NCBI GenBank assembly: GCA_028286615.1
Contig: JAQBRG010000003.1
Location: 147,406-211,405 of the forward strand
From: Parcubacteria group bacterium
GTDB taxonomy: Bacteria > Patescibacteriota > Minisyncoccia > Phycocordibacterales > Phycocordibacteraceae
Direction: 5' to 3'
DNA: 64,000 nt
A program made the position numbers and the translations under genes. Positions 47,327 through 54,740 of this stretch are shown here, in pieces. The notes below the pieces were generated by a model that did no database searches, was not told where the DNA came from, and worked only from the letters and a program-made list of their open reading frames with translations. Position 1 is the stretch's first letter; every line of letters starts with the position of its first letter.

Positions 47327-49033
47327 CTAGAAACTTGGCGGAGGGGGTGGCGGTGGAAACAGCTCCCTCATCCGAGCTTGCCATTCTTCCTCAGATTCAT
47401 TTTCAAACCTTGCCGTTGAAGGCGGTGGGGGTGGGGGTTCGAAAGCTGGGACTTCAGGTGTCTGCTGAAGAGGAAAACGTTCTGCGATAATCTTCTCTCC
47501 AAGACTCCTGAATCTGTCTTTCCCTTCAGACTGATACTCTTCGACGCTATCAATCCTTCTACCCAGATCGTAAGAAGACTCCGTTCCTGAATTTATTAAG
47601 CCGTGTCTTTCCTTCCAATTTAGGAGCGCAGCAGTTGGATCGCCTCCTTTGTAATACTCAACTTTCGAGGGTCTCTGTTCTGGATACTTCGTGTAATACG
47701 ACTCCCAAAAGTCTTGAGAGGATACCGTGTTTTCTGCTTCTTTGAAGCGAGTTCCTGAACTTTCAATGATACTGTCAGCAACTTCTTGTTTTCTTCGCTT
47801 AACATCCTCAGGACCAGAGTCACGATAATATTTTCCGAAATCTTCAGCGTTACGAGAATTTCTTAAGACAGCTTGTTGGAGCTTAGGGTCTTGAACACCG
47901 AAGCGGTCTTTTAGTATCTGTGCAGCTGCTTCATGATTATCCTTTCGGTCGTCATATGTATCTAGCCACGCATAGAAATCATCTGAGTCTAGAAGAGTGT
48001 CTATATTATTCTTAACCTCTTCGTTCTCAATTGGCTGTTTATGCTCATCAAGTGCATAGCGCGATCCTGTCTCGCTATCTACTTGCGCTTCTGCAGGGAT
48101 AAATACAATACCAGCATTAATATTCATTCCTCGATCAAGTTCAGAGTCTGAAAGAATCCAGGTATCGTTATTCTTAGTGTCTCCCCCTTCAGATAACTTT
48201 CCAATGAAGCGATGCTCAGCTGCAATATGAGCCGAGGGAAAGGCAATAAATATCTCATTGCTTTTCTCGGAACCGTAATATTTGTCTGCTACTTCTTCAG
48301 TGGCAACATGGACTGCCGCACGATCTGCATAGCCATCAAATGCGCTCGATAGAGAGGTCTCAAGACGCTTTTCTGCATCATCCCTGGATTCTGCTTTATC
48401 AAGCTTCAGCGCCTTAGCGACGGCTTCTTCTTTTCCATGTTCCATTGCAGTTATGGCGAGAGACGATTTCAACTTTCCGTCTTGCATCATCTGCATGAAG
48501 CCGTTGGCATATTCTCCCTTCCCCTTAGTGTGCTCAAACATACCTGTATGATCTCTGATACCCTGTCGTGTTACATGGGTAACCATCGCGCTCGGAAAAC
48601 GCTTTAGCAAAAGTGCATAATCTTCCATGGAAAGAGATGCGAGATGTTCCTCGGTAAAGGCCTTTTGCATCTCTTCAGGGTTTCCAGTGGATTCAGCCCA
48701 ACGTTGTTTTTCTTTAGAGTAGAACTCGTCTAGAAGGCGCTTTGGTTCCGAGAACTGAGAAGGGATACTCGAGTCAGGAGCATCCGGAGAGAGTCTTTTC
48801 TTAACCTCAGTCCATTTATTTAAATCTTGTACCTTATCAAGACCTGTTTCATTAAGAGACGTTAGATCTCCCTCAAGCGCTTGATACGTATTAACAGTTT
48901 CTTGAGCAGATTCGCTAAGACTTGATGCGCTGCTCTCTGCGCGAGATTCACGTATCTTTGCAGCTACTTCATTTCTCTCCTCTGCGTGTTCTTGCTTGGA
49001 GAACTCTTTAATAAATTTGGGCAGCTCGGACAT
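47327..49033 (-). CDS. hypothetical protein, possible ADP-ribosyltransferase-like fold, C-terminal polyproline repeats
   Basis: THVTR...F..MM.DGKLKS...VHVAT....YYG...IFIAFP; FEPPPPPP and FPPPPPPP at the C-terminus. Confidence 0.7.
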   Translation of the reverse strand: MSELPKFIKEFSKQEHAEERNEVAAKIRESRAESSASSLSESAQETVNTYQALEGDLTSLNETGLDKVQDLNKWTEVKKRLSPDAPDSSIPSQFSEPKRLLDEFYSKEKQRWAESTGNPEEMQKAFTEEHLASLSMEDYALLLKRFPSAMVTHVTRQGIRDHTGMFEHTKGKGEYANGFMQMMQDGKLKSSLAITAMEHGKEEAVAKALKLDKAESRDDAEKRLETSLSSAFDGYADRAAVHVATEEVADKYYGSEKSNEIFIAFPSAHIAAEHRFIGKLSEGGDTKNNDTWILSDSELDRGMNINAGIVFIPAEAQVDSETGSRYALDEHKQPIENEEVKNNIDTLLDSDDFYAWLDTYDDRKDNHEAAAQILKDRFGVQDPKLQQAVLRNSRNAEDFGKYYRDSGPEDVKRRKQEVADSIIESSGTRFKEAENTVSSQDFWESYYTKYPEQRPSKVEYYKGGDPTAALLNWKERHGLINSGTESSYDLGRRIDSVEEYQSEGKDRFRSLGEKIIAERFPLQQTPEVPAFEPPPPPPSTARFENESEEEWQARMRELFPPPPPPPSF

Positions 49034-49064
49034 AGATGTACCTAGTATATCTTGAATATAAGGG

Positions 49065-49136
49065 TGCTCTCGGCAGGAATCGGACCTACATTACCTCGTT
49101 AGGAGTGAGGAGTTCTATCCATTGAACTACGAGAGC
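49065..49136 (-). tRNA. tRNA-Arg(CCT), atypical
   Basis: GCTCTCG...CGAGAGC-A; CT-CCT-AA loop; T-loop TCCGATT and an A-C mismatch in the anticodon stem. Confidence 0.75.
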
Positions 49137-49201
49137 GATACCACGAGACTAGCACAAAACCCCGCCAGCCTCACGGCCAGCGGGGTTTTGCTGTATCTGC
49201 C

Positions 49202-49444
49202 TTATGCAGCGATTCCGAGTGCTGAAGAAAGACGGGCTTTATCAAAACCAATTACCATCTCGTCTCCGATGAAGATAACAGGTACTCCCATCTGTCCACT
49301 CTTCTCAATCATCTGCTGACGCTGTTCGAGGTCTGCAGCAACATCGTGCTCAGTGTATGCAATATTGTTCTCCTTGAAGAAATCCTTGCTCATCTGGCAG
49401 AAGTGGCAAGAAGGGGTGCTGTAAATAGTTACGGTCTTATCCAT
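49202..49444 (-). CDS. glutaredoxin-family (NrdH/YruB-like) redoxin
   Basis: IYSTPSCHFC, SGQMGVPVI, GFD. Confidence 0.9.
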   Translation of the reverse strand: MDKTVTIYSTPSCHFCQMSKDFFKENNIAYTEHDVAADLEQRQQMIEKSGQMGVPVIFIGDEMVIGFDKARLSSALGIAA

Positions 49445-49479
49445 AGGTCAGTTATTTAGTGTTGCCGAATTATACCACC

Positions 49480-50001
49480 CTACTTTTCCTCTGGGTACTG
49501 GGACAAGTACGCGCGCATATCTGCCCTACTTTTAATTGTAACGAGAGGTCCTTTGTACGTATTGAGAAATGCTCGTATTTTTGGTCCTGTTCTAAACGTG
49601 CGCAGTATAACCTCAGACGTAAAAGCCAGATCTTCCCAGAAAGAGACTTCCGCATGTCTATGATCTTGTCTTAGGACTCTTGAGATGTGGTTGTATACCC
49701 TTTCAAACAAAGGGATATCCACGAAGATTAAGAGTTCAGCACGGGCAGCAATGTCAGACTGAGCCTTTCCGTAGAACCCATCTGACACCCACGCATCCTG
49801 GCTTATAACCTCGTGTGTTTTCTGTTTAACGTATGCACGAACTACCTCTCGTTTCTCTACCTCAGACCTTTTAACATGCTGTCCATTAGCTTCAAACCAG
49901 AAACGATCTAAATGAATATGAGGAATATGTAGTCTGCGAGAAAGCTCTCGAGCGAGCAGGCTTTTGCCGCTTGCTGGAAGTCCTATGATACTTATGCGCA
50001 T
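49480..50001 (-). CDS. P-loop kinase, FlaR/topology-modulation-protein-like
   Basis: IIGLPASGKS.LA..L, HLD, WVSDGFY, A.L.IFVDIP. Confidence 0.75.
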   Translation of the reverse strand: MRISIIGLPASGKSLLARELSRRLHIPHIHLDRFWFEANGQHVKRSEVEKREVVRAYVKQKTHEVISQDAWVSDGFYGKAQSDIAARAELLIFVDIPLFERVYNHISRVLRQDHRHAEVSFWEDLAFTSEVILRTFRTGPKIRAFLNTYKGPLVTIKSRADMRAYLSQYPEEK

Positions 50002-50013
50002 AGTGTCTCTCTT

Positions 50014-50373
50014 CTACCAGAAACCAAACCAGCCGAAGAACCGCTTCTGCCACGGAATCTTGGGAGCGGTTGTTGTTGCTTCTCCCGGCACCACGATAAT
50101 AACCTCCTCTCCAGGACGAGCTACACCATGAGTCTGGCGAAGGGTGGCTTCCTGTCCTCGCTCGGTCTTAAGCTCTGCGAGGTTCGCAGAAAGAGTTCCG
50201 CGACGTTCCTCAAGAACTGCGAGCTGGGCTTTTGTGTCTCGGACTGCGTGGCGGGCAATCTCCTCTTTTCGCACGATGCCCCATAGGAGAAATAGAATCC
50301 AAAGCAATGCGAGAGCGAGTACGCCAGCAAGAGCGTACTCGCCTACACGTTTTTTGGTTGGCTTCCGAGGCAT
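50014..50373 (-). CDS. septum formation initiator (FtsB/DivIC-like)
   Basis: TM, coiled coil, then E..LR...G.ARPGEEVI; start corrected to MPRK. Confidence 0.75.
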   Translation of the reverse strand: MPRKPTKKRVGEYALAGVLALALLWILFLLWGIVRKEEIARHAVRDTKAQLAVLEERRGTLSANLAELKTERGQEATLRQTHGVARPGEEVIIVVPGEATTTAPKIPWQKRFFGWFGFW

Positions 50374-50534
50374 GGCTTCTAGTATACCAAGCAAAAAATT
50401 ACCTTGTCCTTAATCCACTGATAAAGACATGGGTAGCTTGGTCTCAAAATGAGATTGCTGTGAACCCTATTTATAGCCATGTTTTACAATTGTGGAAAAC
50501 TTGCCTCAATATAGCTGATTTGTTATACTTGCAG

Positions 50535-50574
50535 AACACTCGGGAACCGTCACGCTTCGTGGCGGTTTTCTTTA
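50535..50574 (+). ncRNA. candidate very short RNA convergent on NYN gene
   Basis: TTGCCT-17-TATACT with TG extension (50501-50529), then a 13-bp hairpin with T-run ending next to the NYN stop. Confidence 0.45.
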
Positions 50575-50575
50575 T

Positions 50576-51187
50576 TTATCCATCTGTTTCTTCGCCTTTT
50601 TCAATGGTTCGCTGCCAATTCTTGATATGGATGAATTGGACTCGTCTTTGATCTAGGTCCTCACGTTCAATTATCGCCTTGAGTCGTGTTGAGAATCGAT
50701 TTTTATTGAAAAAATCCTTATTTTGACTGGACACAATTCTAACAGTGGCACCCTTCTCTAAGAGTTTTTCAATCAGGTATGCAAAATCTCCATCTCCCGT
50801 GAAAATCAAAGCTTGGTCCCCTTCTCTTATGGTTTCCAAGGCGTCGACAGTTAGTTCAACATCACAGTTAGATTTCTGATTCCCTTTTACCGTTTCTTTG
50901 TACGTAAAATCGCCGTGGCATTTGGGGCAGGCAACCTCAATCTCCTTAATCGTATTCGGATGAATGTGAGTTAGTTTAGTTCTGACGACATAACCCATTT
51001 CTTCGATTCTCTCGAGCTGCTCCTTCTCTTTCTCGCCCTTATGACCTTTATAGAAAAAGACAGAAGTACATGACCACTTATCGTTTACAAGCAGTTCATA
51101 GAGCTTTGACCAATCAATAGAAAAGCCAAGTACATTCTTGGTTGTACCCGTGGTATTCGGTACGTCTATGAAGGCAAATCTCCGCAT
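50576..51187 (-). CDS. NYN-domain (PIN-like) ribonuclease with CxxC insertion
   Basis: FIDVPN, KSNCDVELTVD, FTGDGDFAYLI..L...G..V; CPKC. Confidence 0.88.
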   Translation of the reverse strand: MRRFAFIDVPNTTGTTKNVLGFSIDWSKLYELLVNDKWSCTSVFFYKGHKGEKEKEQLERIEEMGYVVRTKLTHIHPNTIKEIEVACPKCHGDFTYKETVKGNQKSNCDVELTVDALETIREGDQALIFTGDGDFAYLIEKLLEKGATVRIVSSQNKDFFNKNRFSTRLKAIIEREDLDQRRVQFIHIKNWQRTIEKGEETDG

Positions 51188-51241
51188 TCGGACATTATAC
51201 GCCTGTTCTTAATTACAGCCCACTATTAGAGAAATGCTCGA

Positions 51242-53047
51242 TTATCTATCCGAATCCTGCACCATCTTCATAAACACCTCCTGTGGTATTTCCATCTTTG
51301 AGTGTGCTCCACGTCTCTTCTTTCCCTTCTTCTGCTTCTCGAGCAGTTTCATCTTTCGCGTAATATCGCCTCCGTAGAGGTATCCGGTAACATCCTTACG
51401 CATAGCAGAGATGCTCTTAGAAGACACGATACGTCCTAGCGCATGAGCCTGGATCTTAAGCACGAACATCTGCTTTGGAAGAATGTCATGGAGTTTCTCA
51501 ACCATCTTCTCTCCTTCAAGCTCAACACGGCGTCTTGAGACAACGCGTGCGAACGCTGGCACCGCTTCTTCTGCAACGAAGATCTCGAGCTTAACCACAT
51601 CTGCTGGTCTGTCGTCTAGGAATTCGTATGAAAGAGATGCGTATCCTGAAGACGCGTTCTTAACCTTATCGAAGAAGCCACGCATAAGCTCGCGAAGAGG
51701 CATTTCAGCCGTAAGCTCTATGCGTCCGTCTGGATAGGTCTGGGTGTCCTGTACATCGCCTTCATGGTCATGGAAGAGCTGTATGAGGTTTGAGAGCGAG
51801 TCTGGAGGTGTAATGAGGATAACCTTCACCCACGGCTCTTCAATGGCTGCTATGTCTCCGTATGCTGGGAATTTGGATGGCGTGTACACGGTCTCACGCT
51901 TCCCTTGCTTGTCCGTAACGTGGTACGCGATTGTGGGAATGGTAACGATGAGCTCCAGGTCGAATTCGCGCTTCAAACGCTCGGTAATAATCTCAAGATG
52001 GAGCATGCCGAGGAACCCGCAACGGAATCCGCGTCCGAGCACGCCGGAAGACTCCTCTTCAAAAGAGAGCGAGGAGTCCGTCAGGCGAAGGCGCTCCAGA
52101 GACTGGCGAAGCTCGGTAAGGGAGTCCTGGCTTTCTGGATACACTGATGCCCACACAACGGGGCGAGGACGTATGAACTCGGAAAGCGGCGGAAGCGATC
52201 CGCGCTCAGTCGCTATCGTATCGCCAACAGCAACCACGCCTGCTTCCTTTATACCGGTAACCACGTACCCGATCTCTCCTGCGGAAAGAGATTCTGTCGG
52301 TGTCTCGTCTGGCATGAATATGCCGGTCTCAAGCGCGGAAAATCGTTTGTCAGCTGCTTTGAATTCAAGTGCGTCTCCCTTTTTAAGCTCGCCGTCAAAG
52401 ACGCGTACGAAGACCGCAATACCGCGGTGCGTTGAATATGAAAAGTCGAAGATAAGCGCGCGTGCTTCATTCTTCTCGCTCGGGCGTGGCTGCGGCACGT
52501 CCCGCACTATTCTTTCAAGAAGTGCTCCGACTCCTTCTCCTGTGCGTCCAGACACTCCTAGAATACTATCTGGATCGATGCTCAGAAGTTCAGCAAGTTC
52601 AAGCGCAACTTCGTCAGGACGCGCGGCTGGAGAATCTATCTTGGAGAGCACGGGAATGATTATGCATCCTGCATCGCGAGCCATGCCGAGCGTAGTCAGG
52701 GTCTGCGCCTGGATACCCTGGGTGCAGTCTACGAGGAGAATAACGCCCTCAACAGCTGAAAGCGCCCGAGACACCTCATATGCGAAGTCTATGTGCCCCG
52801 GCGTATCGATGAGATTCATGATGTAGTCCTGTCCGTCGGTAGCCTTGTACTTCATGCGGGCCGGCTGCATCTTGATGGTGATGCCGCGCTCTCGCTCAAG
52901 ATCCATTTTGTCTAGGACTTGGTCTCGCATCTTTCTCGCTTCAATAGTGCCAGTACGCTCAAGAAGTCGATCCGCGAGGGTCGACTTTCCATGATCTATG
53001 TGTGCAATTATCGAAAAGTTACGTATCTGGTTAGTCATTGAGGGCAT
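51242..53047 (-). CDS. lepA: elongation factor 4
   Basis: IRNFSIIAHIDHGKSTLADR, GFRCGFLGMLH, RKDVT..LYGGDITRK.KLLEKQK.GK. Confidence 0.97.
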   Translation of the reverse strand: MPSMTNQIRNFSIIAHIDHGKSTLADRLLERTGTIEARKMRDQVLDKMDLERERGITIKMQPARMKYKATDGQDYIMNLIDTPGHIDFAYEVSRALSAVEGVILLVDCTQGIQAQTLTTLGMARDAGCIIIPVLSKIDSPAARPDEVALELAELLSIDPDSILGVSGRTGEGVGALLERIVRDVPQPRPSEKNEARALIFDFSYSTHRGIAVFVRVFDGELKKGDALEFKAADKRFSALETGIFMPDETPTESLSAGEIGYVVTGIKEAGVVAVGDTIATERGSLPPLSEFIRPRPVVWASVYPESQDSLTELRQSLERLRLTDSSLSFEEESSGVLGRGFRCGFLGMLHLEIITERLKREFDLELIVTIPTIAYHVTDKQGKRETVYTPSKFPAYGDIAAIEEPWVKVILITPPDSLSNLIQLFHDHEGDVQDTQTYPDGRIELTAEMPLRELMRGFFDKVKNASSGYASLSYEFLDDRPADVVKLEIFVAEEAVPAFARVVSRRRVELEGEKMVEKLHDILPKQMFVLKIQAHALGRIVSSKSISAMRKDVTGYLYGGDITRKMKLLEKQKKGKKRRGAHSKMEIPQEVFMKMVQDSDR

Positions 53048-54734
53048 TATCGATAGGCGAGCCGTACGGTTTGAGGGCCTTGGTTGAGGTGAGTTTCCTC
53101 AACGAATCAACTAGATCCCTGAATTCTTGGTTTGCGAGAAGCGCCAAAACCGCGGCAGCCACGATAAGACCTACCATACCAGCCAGGAAGCCTTCAGCAA
53201 AGACAGTCACAAGCGTGGTAAGCGGAGCCAGATTTCCAACGAACGAGAGCACGCCATATGCCGCTGCCCCGCCCATGATAGCGGCGGCCATACCCTCAGA
53301 CATAGGTCGAATGAGCGAACGCCCAACACGAGGTGCAACGCGGCCTAGAGTTACAAGCGCCAACACCCCCATAACTAACTGCCCAATACTTGAACCAACC
53401 GCTATCAGCACAATCTCTGCTCCCGGGATGTCTCCAATACGAAACAGAGACTCAAAGAAGAACCGCACCTGAGGATATGCAGATGCAAGCATCAACATGC
53501 CGCCTGCTCCGAGCACCGATACAACCGCACCCGCGCTCTGAATAAGAAGCGGGTTCCAAGAACGATTTGCGGCGTAGAAGGCGCGCGAAGCAAGCAGCAC
53601 GAGCCCCTGCGCCATAAGCGCAAGAGCTAATGTTGCTAGAATTGCCGCCGTGAGGCGAGTAGCGTCCCAGTCAAAGGCACCGGAACCCAAGATGATACGC
53701 ACAAGGTGCGCACGAAGAACCAAGATAAGCACCGAAGCAATCGCGGACCAGAAGATGATATGTCTCGCCGCCGTTACAAGAGTTGTCTTGAACTCGTCGA
53801 AACGTTTCGCTCCCATGTGTTCAGCCATAACCGGGAACGCAGCAGTTGCGTAAGACGCACCAATAAGCGCTAGAGGTACAGACGCCAAGTTCGCACCAAG
53901 CGTGAACACAGAGATACCTCCCTCCCCACTTCTTGCCGCAAGCGTAGTTAGCGCAAGCATCGACAGAGATCCCATACCAAGCGCAAGCGAACGTGGTACC
54001 GAGTCTTTAATAACAGGCCAAATAGTTTTAGCTTTTGGCAGCACAAGACGCGGCAACAGTTTCGCTTGAGCCAGGACCGGCACATGGATTAACAAGTGCG
54101 CGATAGCTCCTCCAATAACGCCGTACCCGATACCGGGGAGTCCATATATAGGATAGAGAAATACCGTACCTATAATAATTCCCACGTTGTAGAGCACCGG
54201 CGAGAGCGCGAACAATACGAACCTTCGGTTAACCTGCGTAACACTCGTGAATATTCCAGAGAGTCCAAGCAATATTGGCTGCACAAGAAGAAGACGAGAC
54301 AGGAACACGAAGCTTGCAGCTTCTGGCAGATTCTTAAATGCGGGGAACAACTGGAACAAGAAGAACGGCGCAAACACCGCGAGTACTGCACAAAGAACAC
54401 CTCCTCCTAGTAATAGGAATGAGGTGGTCTCTGATATGAGTCGCTTCGCATCTGCCTTCCCTTCTCCTGCAATACGCGGGATAAGCACGTAGGCCGACAC
54501 AAGAGATGCGACAAGTGCGAACACAATGTCAGGCACCTTGAATGCCGCGTAGTACAAGTCGAGCGTCTGTCCTGCACCGAAGTGATGGGCGAACAATCTA
54601 TCGCGAAGCAGTGCGAGCAGCTGGGACGCGAGAGTGAGGCCGGCAAGCAGATACGCAGCCTGGTGAAGGCCGCGTATCGGTGCCGCAACACGCCGGATCG
54701 GCGCTGCAATACTTTCAATGATAGTTCGCACCAT
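53031..54734 (-). CDS. murJ: lipid II flippase MurJ
   Basis: LRDRLFA..FGAG..LD.Y.AAF..PD, LSPVLYN.GII, A.FP; many TMs. Confidence 0.88.
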   Translation of the reverse strand: MVRTIIESIAAPIRRVAAPIRGLHQAAYLLAGLTLASQLLALLRDRLFAHHFGAGQTLDLYYAAFKVPDIVFALVASLVSAYVLIPRIAGEGKADAKRLISETTSFLLLGGGVLCAVLAVFAPFFLFQLFPAFKNLPEAASFVFLSRLLLVQPILLGLSGIFTSVTQVNRRFVLFALSPVLYNVGIIIGTVFLYPIYGLPGIGYGVIGGAIAHLLIHVPVLAQAKLLPRLVLPKAKTIWPVIKDSVPRSLALGMGSLSMLALTTLAARSGEGGISVFTLGANLASVPLALIGASYATAAFPVMAEHMGAKRFDEFKTTLVTAARHIIFWSAIASVLILVLRAHLVRIILGSGAFDWDATRLTAAILATLALALMAQGLVLLASRAFYAANRSWNPLLIQSAGAVVSVLGAGGMLMLASAYPQVRFFFESLFRIGDIPGAEIVLIAVGSSIGQLVMGVLALVTLGRVAPRVGRSLIRPMSEGMAAAIMGGAAAYGVLSFVGNLAPLTTLVTVFAEGFLAGMVGLIVAAAVLALLANQEFRDLVDSLRKLTSTKALKPYGSPIDNALND

Positions 54735-54740
54735 GAGGTG

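Noticed and set aside
12485-49136. Prophage or integrase-bearing island at the tRNAs
   Set aside because: No integrase, transposase or phage structural gene, and no duplicated tRNA 3' ends found.
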